Below are positions 9,014 to 20,303 of a stretch of 64,000 nucleotides of DNA, piece after piece. Both the position numbers and the translations under genes were made by a program. How positions within the stretch are numbered: position 1 is the stretch's first letter; each line of letters starts with the position of its first letter. This DNA is from Candidatus Omnitrophota bacterium (lineage in GTDB: Bacteria; Omnitrophota; Gorgyraeia; Zapsychrales; JANLHA01): contig OY759724.1 of the NCBI GenBank assembly GCA_963662715.1, positions 2,650,662-2,714,661 of the forward strand, read 5' to 3'. Under the pieces are notes generated by a model. That model was not told the origin of the DNA and did not search any database. It was given only the letters and a program-made list of their open reading frames with translations.

Positions 9014-12000
9014 TATGGGATTGAGAATTCGAATAGTGTTCGTGGCCGTATTGTTATCATTCTTCCTGACTGGTGTCTGCGCTGCCGGTTTGGTCTATCA
9101 GGATTTTGAGGAAGGCAACGGCTCCGGGACATACGGGTGGGGATTTAATTCTGCCGTTACGGAATTTTCGGCAGGAGAGGAGCCTGTTTATTCCGGGGCG
9201 CGTTCGTGGAAGATAACATCTCCCGGGGACTGGGGGGGCACGGGCATCGCTTCCCAGGTGCAGACCTGGGACATGGATTTTGAGCCTGACCGGCACGACC
9301 GTCTGGTCTTTTGGGTTTATGCCCTTCCGGAAGAGACGAGCGAGAGCCTGGATAATGGCGTGGCCGTGAAGTTTTTTGACCGGGAGGATTACCGGAGCTC
9401 CGGCTTTGAAGTCTGGACAAGTAAGGCGGCAAAATACGGGGAATGGACACAGCTTTCGGTTCTTTTTTCCCAGCTTCCGGACGGATTCAATCTTAACAGA
9501 ATAGACAAGATAGAATTCGTCAATGAAAATCCCGGCACATATTATCTGGATGATATCCATGTCGTTTCCGCTGACCGGACATATCAGTCTTTTGAGCCGA
9601 TTCTTTATGACCCTTATTTTACCGGTGAGGAATATGAAAAATACGGCTGGGCCTGGTTCGGGATCGTGGATCTTTTTGTCGATGATCAGATTGTCCAGGA
9701 AGGACAGCAGTCCTGGATGCTGGACACGCATGACCTCATGGGAGGGACAGGGGTCAAATCCCAGGAAAAGAAATTTGTTGATAATGAACAGTCTCCCTGG
9801 TACGTGGATTTGCTGGGGGTTCGGGATCCGCTTTTACCGGAGGACAGCCCGTATGACCGGGTGACATTTTGGGTTTATTCCCTGGCAGAGAACGGATTGG
9901 ATAATAATATCGGCATGCAGTTTTTTGACCACAATTACTGGGTGGAGGATTTGGAAAATCCGGAGGAACGCAATCCGTTTATATTGTGGACCGAAGGGAC
10001 GGCTGATTACGGGGAGTGGAAAAGATTCACGGTCAAGTTCGATGAACTGCATTCTGGCGATCCTGCCGAACCGCCGGTGGATTTGCAGAATCTTAATAAG
10101 ATCCAGTTTCAGGTGTACTGGCGAGGACGTTATTTCTTCGATGACATTCGGGCGACGAAACCGTTCCCGGAGATCGATAGAATATCCTTAAAAGACGGCA
10201 CAGCCGAATGGAACACAATAGCCGGGGCGGATATTTATGTCTTGCAGCAAAGTTCAGCGGGGGCGAATGGCCCGTGGGAAACGATTTATGAAGGGCCTAG
10301 CACAAACGTTCCGGTCAGCAGGGTTTCCCAAGTCTGGTTACGGGTCGCCTGGAAAGAAGCGGTAGACCCGGCGAGCAATCCCGTCCCTTACATGTCGGAT
10401 TGGAGCGATGTGGCCAGTTATACACCGGCGCCGGTCCTTATCAGTAAGGACGCATTGAAACAGGGCACCCTGCAATGGTCTGATCTGCCCCAGGCCACGC
10501 AATATGAGGTTGAGATGGCCAGCAGTAAACGCGGTCCGTGGATTCCTGTTTATAACGGGCCTTATACAACACTTGCGGCAGCAACCGGGATATGGTACCG
10601 GGCCAGAGCGCTTATTGAGGACAGCGGGGCTGTCGTGGATACGGGCGAATGGAGTCCGGCGCAGACCTACACGCCGGGGACAGGATACATTAAGGCTGTT
10701 GGAAAGATTCTTAAAGAAGAGGACGGAACAGGAGATAATATTATTCTCCGGGGCGTGAATTTGGGGAATTATCTTCTGATAGAACCCTGGATGACCGGAA
10801 TAACTCTTGATACGAACCAGAGAACGGAAGATGACTGGAATATCCGGGAGGAGTTGATCCAGCGTTTCGGGGCCCAGGAAGCCGACCGTTTGCTGGGAAT
10901 CTATCAGGATGCCTATATCACGGAAACAGACCTGAACCACATCCTGCGAAGCGGAGCCAATTTGATCAGGCTTCCTATTTACTACCGGGCGCTCCGGGAG
11001 CTTGATGAAAATACCGGGGAATGGGTTGCCGGCACAGATTATAATTTTGACAAGATAGATGCTGTTGTGAATCTCTGCGCTGACCGGGGTATTTATGTCC
11101 TGCTGGATTTGCACGGCGCTCCGGGTGCGCAGAGCAAGGAATTTCATTCCGGCCGTACTTCGGCAGAAAGTCCGGGCCAGGGATTTTATCATAAATTGTT
11201 TGACCCGACAGATGATACGTACCGGCAGAGAACCACAGAGCTTTGGCAGGCTTTAGCGGATTATTACAAAGATAATACGACAGTCGTGGGGTATGATCTT
11301 TTGAACGAACCCTTCGGAGCCGTCGATGCGTATTATTACGCCAATTATCATGATGGGTTAACGGCGCTATGGACTCTCTATGATCAGCTGTATGACGCCA
11401 TTCGCGCCATAGACCCCCATCACCTTATCGTGATGGAAGCGATCCCCAGTGACAAAGACTGGGAAACTTTGCCTGACCCGGACGGGTACGGCTGGACAAA
11501 TGTCATGTATCAATTCCACTACTACGGGTTCAAGCTTGACGAAAACGGCAGCATCAACGGCGTGCTCGATGCGGATCAGCAGAAGGCCTATTTGGTCAGC
11601 GGGAATGACCCGGAGTGTGCTGTGTACCCGGATGATGATAAGTTCTGCGGAAAGGTTTTTTATTCTCAACAGGACGAATATGATGTCCCCGTCCTCATCG
11701 GGGAGTTCAACGGGTTTGATCAGCGGGAAGTTTGGGACCTGTTTTTAACGACGTTCAATAAACAGGCCTGGAACTGGACGATGTGGTCTTACAAGCATCA
11801 CCCCAAAAGAGAATCATGGGGGTTATATACGCATGTGAATTATGATGAGGATGCTCCCAACGTCAGTCTCGATGACACCGCCACTTTAGAAACAAAATTG
11901 GCAAAATATGATACTTTTGTTCACCATGAACCGAATGTGACTTTAAACAAAGTCCTTAAAAATTATTTGACCCAGCAAACCCTTGTTACCCAACCGGCTC

Positions 12001-12785
12001 TGGCGGGCCGCACCGCCGATGAAGTCAATCATCGTTGGTCTTCCGTTGACTTTGCGGACCGTTTTAAGAAAAAACCGGTGTTGGTGGCAGGAATTGAAAC
12101 ATATAACGGCCCCAATACTGCGGGCTTGAGAATCAAAAGCCTGAACAAAGGACGATTTAAAGTGAAAATCGAAGAGGAGCAGTCAGGGGACCCGGAAACA
12201 ATTCATACGACAGAAGTCGTGAGTTATCTGGCCCTGGAGCCGGGTATTGTTCTGGATGATACGGGCACGGTTATCGGTGAAGCAGGAAGCGTCACGGCCT
12301 ATCAACGCAACGGCGCCCAGTGGCATACGGTTACGCTGGAGCAGGAATATTCCAATCCCGTTGTTCTGATGCAGATGACAACCTATCATGGCCGCCAGCC
12401 TTCTCATATCCGTTTAAGGAATGTTTCCGGCCATTCCTTTGAGTATCAAATCGAAGAATGGGATTATCTGGATCAGTGGCATTTAACCGAGAAAATCAGT
12501 TATGTCGTTTTAGAACAGGGCGTTCACACTCTTACCAACGGCCAGACTATTGACGTGGGCACCGTGGATACGGATGAAAACTGGATAACGGTCCCGTATG
12601 CCGCGAGTTTTAATGCGGCTCCGGCCACAATAAGCCACTGTCAAACGTATAATGCCGGACAGGCTGTGATCACGCGCGAACAGAATGTGTCAAACAGCAG
12701 TTTTGAAGTCAAGCTGCAGGAAGAGGAGGGCGGAGCAGGTCCTCATCCGGTGGAGACAATCGGCTACATTGCCGTTGAGTTATAG
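9014..12785 (+). CDS. Secreted multidomain glycoside hydrolase family 5 enzyme: signal peptide, 2x CBM4/9-like modules, 2x FN3-like domains, GH5 catalytic domain, C-terminal beta domains
   Basis: GH5 signatures are present: the 'VGYDLLNEP' acid/base NEP motif and the 'LIGEFNGF' nucleophile Glu. The N-terminus carries two ~190-aa repeats ('YQDFE..GW....SW...GGTGI.SQ.Q...DRL.FWVY...KFFD...YY.DDI') resembling CBM_4_9. An RBS AGGAGGTG precedes the ATG at 9014. Confidence 0.8.
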
Positions 12786-12978
12786 TCTTCTAATTGTTTG
12801 CTTTATGCCGGGAGTCCTAAGATGTTTTATTTTATAACATTGGGGCTCCCGTCGTTTTTTTCTGAATTGTGTTTTTCGATAAGATTACAAGAAAAAATTA
12901 TGCTTTATTTTTATAAAGCATTGTATTAAAATAGCTTAAATATTGTTAGCGCTATTTTGTAAGGATATATGATTTTTT

Positions 12979-14865
12979 ATGAAACCCCGTTTACTTGCTT
13001 TGAGCTTACTGTTTTTTTTCTTCCTGCCACTGTCTTTTTCTCACGCTGCCGAACAGAATGATTCTCAGGAAAAATCAATTATTTACCTTAAACCGATCAT
13101 TGTTTCTGCCAAACGCACGGAGTCTTTTGGGCTGGAGGAATCGTATGTCGCAGAAAACGCCACAGTGATCACCCGGGATGAGATAAATAATTTGCCTGCC
13201 CGTAATTTAACTGAAGCCTTGCGATATGTCCCCGGAGTGGATATAGCTCCAGGGTTTAAATTCGGTCAGGCTTCTGCGGTGACTATTCATGGTTCCAATG
13301 CCAGACATGTTTTACTGATGGTTGATGATATCCCTTTTAATACGCATCTCTCCGGCCAGGCCAATCCCACACAGATTCCGTTAATGAATGTCAAACAAAT
13401 AGAAGTTATCAAAGGCGCTTCTTCCAGCGCCTGGGGATCAAGTTTGGGAGGGGTGATCAATGTCCTGACGCAGGATGTCGGGGACACCGCTGTCCCGAAA
13501 ATATCTTTAAAAGAAACGTATGCGGAATATGAGACAACACAGCATGACTTGAATTTGTCCGGAAAGATTCAAGATGCCGGATATCTTTTGAGCGGCAGCT
13601 TTTTTTCAGCCGACGGGATAGGAGCCAATGATGATGTGAAGGAAAGCAAATTTTTTGGAAAAATAGCGCAGCCCCTGGGTGAGGATTTTAATATTTCCGC
13701 TTCGTTCGGCTACAGCGGGGCCAAGGCTGTGGATGAAGTCATCCGCAGTCATCGTTTATATGAGAGGCCTTATCAAGCCCGTTATGGGAAACTGCAATTG
13801 GGATACGAGCCGCGGGATGATTTCAACTGTAAAATAGCCTATAAATATAACAACCAGGACATCTCAACAGATATCTACAACACTCTAACTGCCCAGCAGC
13901 TGTCTTCCACTGTAAGCCATCATGTCTTTCACGGCCTGTCCCTGAACGCGGATTACCGCTTTGAAAATGATGACCTGCTGGTGGCGGGCGCTGATTTTGA
14001 ATGGCAGGAGATAAAATCCAATAATTACTTAACGAGCAGCCAGGACATCAGCATACAGGCGCCTTATATGAATTACACGTTTCAGCAGGAGCGTTGGGAG
14101 CTCATCCCGGGGATAAGATTTGATAATGCTGACCGTTTCGGAAATCAATGGAGTCCCAGTCTGGGGTATGTTTACCATTTCAATTCAAATACTCTGGGCC
14201 GGGCCAAGGTGGCCCGTGACTTTAATGCCCCGCCGTTATTATGGATTTTTAATGATGACCCGACTCTTTTGGTCGGTCCGAATCCTGATTTAAAAGCCGA
14301 AAGGGGTATTTTGTACGAACTGGGCCTTGAAACAGAGGTGAAGAAACTGAACGCCAAGCTGAACTGGTATTGGGCGGACATTAAGGATGCTTTGAATATT
14401 GTTTTTAACAGTGATCTGGGGGTTTTCCGGGCGGAAAATGTCCGTAAGTTCCGCCGGCAGGGGGTCGAAGGGAACCTGAGGTATAAGCTTTCACCGGAAT
14501 GGCAAATTTACGGAAACGCGGGATTTAATCATTCCGTCAACCGCACGACCCGGCAGATTGTCCGCGGGAACGGAACGGCCCGGCAGAGTTTTCAGTTGGG
14601 TGTCCAATATAAACATGATAAAGGATTCGGATGTCATTTATTGGGTTCCTATAACCGCTGGGACTCTGTCCCCTCCCAGGAGCCTAATGATAGAAAACCT
14701 GTTTTTGATTTAAAGGTGACCCAGGATTTCAAGCGGATATTTCATCACACAGATGTGCAGTTTTTTGTTCATGTTTATAATATTGCCAACAGCAAATACT
14801 GGTCTGATATTTCTTTCCCTGACCCTGAGCGTTATTTTGAAGGCGGTTTTGTGCTCAGCTTTTGA
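12979..14865 (+). CDS. TonB-dependent outer-membrane receptor
   Basis: It has a signal peptide, a plug domain ('TVITRDEINNLPARNLTEALRYVPGV', 'IEVIKGASSSAWGSSLGGVINV') and a long beta-barrel region with a C-terminal 'F'. Confidence 0.8.
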   Translation: MKPRLLALSLLFFFFLPLSFSHAAEQNDSQEKSIIYLKPIIVSAKRTESFGLEESYVAENATVITRDEINNLPARNLTEALRYVPGVDIAPGFKFGQASAVTIHGSNARHVLLMVDDIPFNTHLSGQANPTQIPLMNVKQIEVIKGASSSAWGSSLGGVINVLTQDVGDTAVPKISLKETYAEYETTQHDLNLSGKIQDAGYLLSGSFFSADGIGANDDVKESKFFGKIAQPLGEDFNISASFGYSGAKAVDEVIRSHRLYERPYQARYGKLQLGYEPRDDFNCKIAYKYNNQDISTDIYNTLTAQQLSSTVSHHVFHGLSLNADYRFENDDLLVAGADFEWQEIKSNNYLTSSQDISIQAPYMNYTFQQERWELIPGIRFDNADRFGNQWSPSLGYVYHFNSNTLGRAKVARDFNAPPLLWIFNDDPTLLVGPNPDLKAERGILYELGLETEVKKLNAKLNWYWADIKDALNIVFNSDLGVFRAENVRKFRRQGVEGNLRYKLSPEWQIYGNAGFNHSVNRTTRQIVRGNGTARQSFQLGVQYKHDKGFGCHLLGSYNRWDSVPSQEPNDRKPVFDLKVTQDFKRIFHHTDVQFFVHVYNIANSKYWSDISFPDPERYFEGGFVLSF

Positions 14866-15060
14866 TATTCCCCTGCCTGTAATTTAAGAAATTCCCCTTA
14901 AATATGTTATAAATTATTTATTTATTAATATTTTACAATAAAAAGTATAAAAAAGTCAGTTCAGGGGTGAATGGCCCTATTTACGAATAAAATTATTGAG
15001 TTAAAATAAATAAGAGGATTAGTATTAAAAAAGCCAGATATTTTTATTATTCCATCAGCT

Positions 15061-16752
15061 ATGTTTTCAGTACCCCGGAAAAAATTTTTGTTTGTTTTAT
15101 GTGTTTATTTTCTTTTTTTCACATTAATACTGTTAAATGTTAATAAGTATTCCTGGGCAGAAGATCAACAATTACTTAGTGAAAAACAGGCTCTCCCGAT
15201 CCATTCACATTCACCGGAATATGGGGGGACGTTGGTATGGGGAACAACAGATCCGCCAACGGTCATTAATCCCGTTTTTACGCGTTATAGTATTTCAGCT
15301 TCTTTATTGGAGTTGATATTTGATTCTTTAGTACGAGTTCATCCCCAAGGGCATGTTGTCCCGGGGCTTGCTGAGTCATGGGAGATTTCGGATGACGGGT
15401 TAGAATATACCTTTTATCTGAAAAAGGGCGTGCATTTTCATGACGGAGTGGAATGCACGGCCGAGGATGTGAAATTCACTTATGAAGCCATTGCTGATCC
15501 TCAAAATAATTCCCCCCGTCTTGTATGTTTAAACATCATTGACAGATGGGAGATAGTAGATAAATACACGATACGGCTCGTATTAAAGAAATCTTTTTCT
15601 AAAATTCTTCATAGATTGACTATTGAAATTGCTCCTAAACATATTTTAGACGGCGAAGCCTTACTCGCTTCTCCCTTCAATTATTCACCTGTCGGGACCG
15701 GGCCGTTCCGTTTTAAAGCATGGGACAGGAGAACGGATGAAATTGAACTGGTTGCTAACGAGGATTATTTTGAAGGCCGGCCATATCTTGATAGAATTTT
15801 AATTCATATTTATCAAGATAAATCCTGCTTGTGGGCGGCTTTGATGCGCAATGACGTGGATTTATGTATTTTTCTTGATCGAGAGGATTACATGACTATC
15901 AGGAATGATCCGGCTTTCAGGACTTATGAAATTACCGGGGAGCTTTATTTGGCCATAGCTTTGAATGCCAAGGATCCCATTTTTTTTGACAGAGAGGTTC
16001 GCAAGGCCATGGCATACGGGATCAATGTTGATGAAATTATGGCTTATACCTCTTCCGGCGGGATAAAAAGCACCGGGCCGTTTCATCCGGGTTCCATTGG
16101 TTTTAATCCGGGAGTCAGGCCTTTTGAGTATGACCCGGTGATGGCGAGGATGATTCTGATGCATCGCGGCTGGTGGGATAAGGATCATGACGGGATCGCA
16201 GAAAAAGGTGGGCGGGAACTCGAATTGCGTTTATTGGTGGATCCTAGAAGTGAATTTTATAAAGATTTGGCTATGCTGATTCGCCAGCAATTGGCAGAGA
16301 TCGGGATAAAAGTGTCTGTGCTTCTTCATCCGGAGGAAAGGACTCTTGAACAAACCTTTTTAGATCAGAACAAACCGCAGGGATGGTTAAGATATTTTTT
16401 GGGTTATGGATTTGGAGGTTATGATGCCGCTGTCAGCTGGACGTCCTCGTTAAGCCCCTATGAGAGACTTTGGAATTATCGGAATGACGAAATCGATAAA
16501 TTGTTTGGTACAGCCGTTGCAACACAGGATCCCCAGGAATTAAGCGAAATTTATCAGCAGATTCATAAAATTGTTTATCAGGATCAGCCGGCCTGTTTTT
16601 TGTTTTATCCCAGCAGCTATCATGCTGTTGCGGCAAAATTTTTTAATACGGACGAATTTTTTTCCGATTTTATGCCTGTTTATACGATTAAGGATTGGTA
16701 TTTAGGCCCTGCGGCTAAAGACGTCCAGCATAATGATTCCGGGCTGAAGTAG
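15061..16752 (+). CDS. ABC-type solute-binding protein, family 5 (oligopeptide/nickel-binding fold), secreted
   Basis: A signal peptide is followed by an SBP_bac_5-like sequence ('GGTLVWGTTDPPTVINP', 'LVRVHPQGHVVPGLAESWEISDDGLEYTFYLKKGVHFHDG'). No permease or ATPase genes are adjacent. Confidence 0.75.
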   Translation: MFSVPRKKFLFVLCVYFLFFTLILLNVNKYSWAEDQQLLSEKQALPIHSHSPEYGGTLVWGTTDPPTVINPVFTRYSISASLLELIFDSLVRVHPQGHVVPGLAESWEISDDGLEYTFYLKKGVHFHDGVECTAEDVKFTYEAIADPQNNSPRLVCLNIIDRWEIVDKYTIRLVLKKSFSKILHRLTIEIAPKHILDGEALLASPFNYSPVGTGPFRFKAWDRRTDEIELVANEDYFEGRPYLDRILIHIYQDKSCLWAALMRNDVDLCIFLDREDYMTIRNDPAFRTYEITGELYLAIALNAKDPIFFDREVRKAMAYGINVDEIMAYTSSGGIKSTGPFHPGSIGFNPGVRPFEYDPVMARMILMHRGWWDKDHDGIAEKGGRELELRLLVDPRSEFYKDLAMLIRQQLAEIGIKVSVLLHPEERTLEQTFLDQNKPQGWLRYFLGYGFGGYDAAVSWTSSLSPYERLWNYRNDEIDKLFGTAVATQDPQELSEIYQQIHKIVYQDQPACFLFYPSSYHAVAAKFFNTDEFFSDFMPVYTIKDWYLGPAAKDVQHNDSGLK

Positions 16753-16819
16753 CAGAGAAGTAAGGAGATCATGCATAATCATTTTCCTAAATTTAAAATC
16801 ATGAAAGGAGGTGATGATC

Positions 16820-16927
16820 ATGGAAATACTGAGACCCGGAACCGATGATGTCATGGAGCTGTCCGTGAGAGGATGTTGTTGGCCACCAAGTATAGATAAC
16901 ATTACAGTTCCCGAACCCGAAGAGTAA
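16820..16927 (+). CDS. Unannotated 35-aa ORF (MEILRPGTDDVMELSVRGCCWPPSIDNITVPEPEE): candidate RiPP precursor / signalling peptide
   Basis: An ATG sits 8 nt after a perfect SD AAAGGAGGTGA (16804-16814). The ORF lies 73 nt upstream of, and co-oriented with, an RRE-containing radical SAM/SPASM gene. It is below the length cut-off of the ORF track. Confidence 0.45.
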   Translation: MEILRPGTDDVMELSVRGCCWPPSIDNITVPEPEE

Positions 16928-16999
16928 TTCCCGGGGATTCCGTTGGCCCCTGTCTCTGTTAACGGAATCCCTGTATATTGTTTGCGGAAGAGGTTTTTT

Positions 17000-18352
17000 A
17001 TGAAATATTCTCATTATACGATTATCGTTCATGATTATCCTCAGGAAAAGCAGTATTTGCTTTTCAATACCCGTTCCCAGGCCCTTGTGAAGATCGAGCA
17101 GGAATTAAAGGATGTGATTGAAAACTACCGGGCCCCGGAATATTTCCGGCAGAGGTTCCAGTACAGCCAGGAATTGGCACAGCTGCATCAGATGGGAGTG
17201 ATCGTCACGGATGAGCAGGAAGACAAAACCAGACTGGAGGATTTTTTTAGGCAAATAAAATTTGGGCTGGATACGAAGGTGTTGTCCGTGAATATCCTTA
17301 CAACGTATGCCTGCAATTTTAAATGTGTGTATTGTTTTGAAGAAAGCAGCCGGGAAGATGAGCAGATGGACCTGCTGACCTGCGATATGATTATGAGTTG
17401 GCTCAAAAAACGTATGCAACGTTTTGGATATGAAAAATTATATTTGATTTTTTACGGCGGGGAACCATTATTAAATACCAAAGCTATCGAGTATATGGCG
17501 GGACACATGCAGAAATGGTGCCGTGAACAGCATAAAGCATTCAATTTTATGCTGCAGACAAACGGATATCTGTTCTCTCCTGATATCGCGGAACATTTGT
17601 TGCCGTTAGGGCTGGACAATGTCCGCGTAAGTCTGGACGGCCCCCAGGAGGATCATGACCGTACACGTCCTCTGGCTTCAGGGGGAGGGTCTTTTTCCCG
17701 GATTGTAGAAAACATCTTGTCCAATATTAACCGGGTGAAAATCAGTGTTTCCGTGAGTTATCAGCAGGGAAAAGTTGACCATATACAACGGTTGCTTGAT
17801 TATTTTGAAGAACAAGGGATTTTATCTAAATTGGGACGCTTTATTTTTGCTCCTGTTTATGCCTCTCTGGGTGCTCCGGGGACTCCGGACAAGATCCGGC
17901 ACAGGGAATGTTTAGGCAATTGCCAGCCGGAATATATGGTGCCGGCTGTCAGAAAAATAAACCAGATTTTGCAGTCCAAGCAGCTTGCGAACACTCATGG
18001 TTTGGGAATGAGTGCCTGTCCATTGACCCGGGAATACGGAGGCATAACCATTGATCAACAGGGCCGTGTTTTTAAATGTAACATGATGCTGGGACATCCC
18101 GAATATGCTGTGGGTGACGTCTGCTTTGAAGGATTTAGCCGCAGACATGAGGAGTTCCGGGATCTTGATGTCTGGCGGCAGTGTCCCGAGGATTGTCCAT
18201 ATCTTCCGCTTTGCGCCGGAGGATGCCGTTTAGCGTCGTTCCTGGCCCATCAGAATTTCCATACACCCGTGTGCCACAAAGCCTATTTAGACGCTATGGC
18301 AGAAGATTTTATTAAGCAGGAATACCGGGAATTGCAGGCGAAGCAAGGCTAG
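17000..18352 (+). CDS. Radical SAM/SPASM-domain peptide maturase with an N-terminal PqqD-like RiPP recognition element
   Basis: The N-terminal segment 'YLLFNTRSQALVKIEQELKDVIEN' is PqqD/RRE-like. The radical SAM motif 'CNFKCVYC' (CxxxCxxC) and a 'GGEPLL' motif are present. The C-terminal Cys-rich SPASM region is 'CPLT...FKCN...CPEDCPYLPLCAGGC'. The start was chosen at the ATG at 17000 with the GAAGAGG RBS; the longer ORF from 16943 is likely an upstream extension. Confidence 0.85.
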   Translation: MKYSHYTIIVHDYPQEKQYLLFNTRSQALVKIEQELKDVIENYRAPEYFRQRFQYSQELAQLHQMGVIVTDEQEDKTRLEDFFRQIKFGLDTKVLSVNILTTYACNFKCVYCFEESSREDEQMDLLTCDMIMSWLKKRMQRFGYEKLYLIFYGGEPLLNTKAIEYMAGHMQKWCREQHKAFNFMLQTNGYLFSPDIAEHLLPLGLDNVRVSLDGPQEDHDRTRPLASGGGSFSRIVENILSNINRVKISVSVSYQQGKVDHIQRLLDYFEEQGILSKLGRFIFAPVYASLGAPGTPDKIRHRECLGNCQPEYMVPAVRKINQILQSKQLANTHGLGMSACPLTREYGGITIDQQGRVFKCNMMLGHPEYAVGDVCFEGFSRRHEEFRDLDVWRQCPEDCPYLPLCAGGCRLASFLAHQNFHTPVCHKAYLDAMAEDFIKQEYRELQAKQG

Positions 18353-18370
18353 GGGGAGTGTTTTAAAAAT

Positions 18371-20236
18371 ATGGAATCCAAAATAAACATGAAAAAATTG
18401 TTTTTTCCCTACCGAATGTGGCAGCAGATTTTTATTCTTTTAGTCCTTCTCGTGCTCATTCCCCTTGCTTTGTTAGCGAAACTTATTATGGATACAAGTC
18501 AAAAAGCCATTAAGACATCAGTTTTGCGGGACCGGCAGGAACTTGTCATGCATACGACAGGAGAGGTGAAAGCTTATATTCAAAATGCCAAGGACGCCTG
18601 CGTTACGCTCGCCGCGCTCCTGGGCACTTTACCCGACGACCTGTGGCGGCAGGAGACCGCGATCGTTGAACTGGCGTTACATCATCCCGAGTTCCAGAGG
18701 ATTTCTTTGCTGAATTTGGCGGGAGAAGAAACAGTCACCTCTCAGTTGGGAAGTGAATTGAGAAACCGGGCTCATGAAGAGGCTTTTCAGAGGGTGCAAG
18801 AGGGGGAGGTTGAATATATCTCGGACGTGAAAATCAACGAAGAATCTTTCGCCACTATGACATTAGCGGTGCCGATTAAACGGAGCGGAAAAGTTTCGGG
18901 TATTCTTCTGGCGGACGTGAGCATCCGGGGGGTGTGGCAGATGGTGGATCAAATAAGAATAGGAGAATCCGGACGGGCGTATCTTGTGGATTCCCAAGGC
19001 CGGTTACTTTCTCATCCGGATAAGAAGCTGATTTTTCAGCCTGATAAACTTCTTAACCCTATTATTATACGGAATATTTTATCCGGTTATGCCGGTGAAT
19101 ATGAAGAAATTGCCCCTTCAGGAAAGCATTGGTTGATTGCCTATGCGCCTATTGATGTGTTGAACTGGGGGCTGGTCATATTCCAGCCTGTTGAAGAAGC
19201 CTTTGTTTTTTCCAAGGTCATGAGGCAGCAATCCTGGAAGTTTATTGTCCTGATTATTTTTTCTTCCATTTTGATAAGTTTCCTTATGTCGCATTTTTTG
19301 AGCCGTCCCATACATAAGTTGATTTCGGCCATGCAGCGTGTATCCGTGGGTAATCTGGATGAAAGGCTGGATATTGCGAGAAAGGATGAAATAGGCGAAC
19401 TTTTTGAGTCATTTAACAGGATGACAGTCAAGTTGAAGGAAGCCAAACATTCTGAGAAGCTTTCCACAATCGGAAAAGCAGCGACGGCTATTGCCCATGA
19501 ACTCAAGAATTCCTTGGTGATGGTTAATGCCTATATTGATTTATTGCCGGAACGCCATATGAACCGGAAGTTTATACAAGACTTTTCTAAGAATGTATCC
19601 GAGGAGCTCGATTCCTGGAAAGCCATGTTGCAGAATATGATGGAATATTCCAAGTTTTTTAAGTTTAGAATGGAAAAATTGGACGTCAATGAGTTGATGG
19701 TGGATATTAAAAGTCTGGCTTATCAGCGGACCCAGCAGAAAGGCGTTGATTTGATGATGCATGCGGGGTCTTTTATCCCGCCTGTTATCGGTAATGCGGC
19801 AAAATTGAAAGAGGTCCTGACGAATTTAATCAATAATGCGGTAGATGCGACCTCTCCGGGAGGAGTGATTACGCTATCGATGGATTTCCTTGAGCAAGCA
19901 TCAGAGTGGGGCAAACCCCATGTGCGGATTCAGGTCATTGATTCCGGAGAAGGCATAGCGGAAGAAGATATCGATAATATATTTGAACCTTTTTATACAA
20001 CCAAAGAAAGCGGGCTGGGATTAGGGCTGGCCATCAGCAAAAAGATCATTGAATATCATGGCGGAACCCTTGAAGCCATGAAAGGTCGCTCAAAAGGGGC
20101 GGTCTTTACCATTCGGCTTCCGATCCTTAAGAAATTTTATGAACGCCGAAATCAGCAGGGGAAGGAGGATGGCTTTAAGGCATCTTTGCCCGGCAGGAAC
20201 CAAAGAGGCGGTTATAAAAACTTTTTGAAACAGTGA
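18371..20236 (+). CDS. Sensor histidine kinase (TM, periplasmic Cache-like sensor, HAMP, HisKA, HATPase_c)
   Basis: Two TM helices flank a ~250-aa extracytoplasmic domain. A HAMP segment, the H-box 'IAHELKNSLVMV', the N-box 'LINNAVDA' and G-boxes 'DSGEGI' ... 'GLGLGLAISKKI' are present. Confidence 0.85.
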   Translation: MESKINMKKLFFPYRMWQQIFILLVLLVLIPLALLAKLIMDTSQKAIKTSVLRDRQELVMHTTGEVKAYIQNAKDACVTLAALLGTLPDDLWRQETAIVELALHHPEFQRISLLNLAGEETVTSQLGSELRNRAHEEAFQRVQEGEVEYISDVKINEESFATMTLAVPIKRSGKVSGILLADVSIRGVWQMVDQIRIGESGRAYLVDSQGRLLSHPDKKLIFQPDKLLNPIIIRNILSGYAGEYEEIAPSGKHWLIAYAPIDVLNWGLVIFQPVEEAFVFSKVMRQQSWKFIVLIIFSSILISFLMSHFLSRPIHKLISAMQRVSVGNLDERLDIARKDEIGELFESFNRMTVKLKEAKHSEKLSTIGKAATAIAHELKNSLVMVNAYIDLLPERHMNRKFIQDFSKNVSEELDSWKAMLQNMMEYSKFFKFRMEKLDVNELMVDIKSLAYQRTQQKGVDLMMHAGSFIPPVIGNAAKLKEVLTNLINNAVDATSPGGVITLSMDFLEQASEWGKPHVRIQVIDSGEGIAEEDIDNIFEPFYTTKESGLGLGLAISKKIIEYHGGTLEAMKGRSKGAVFTIRLPILKKFYERRNQQGKEDGFKASLPGRNQRGGYKNFLKQ

Positions 20237-20303
20237 AAAGCTTAATTCTAACGTAATTTCCCTTAAAGGCTGTGGCCTGTGAAAGGGAGGAAAGGCTGGG
20301 GAT

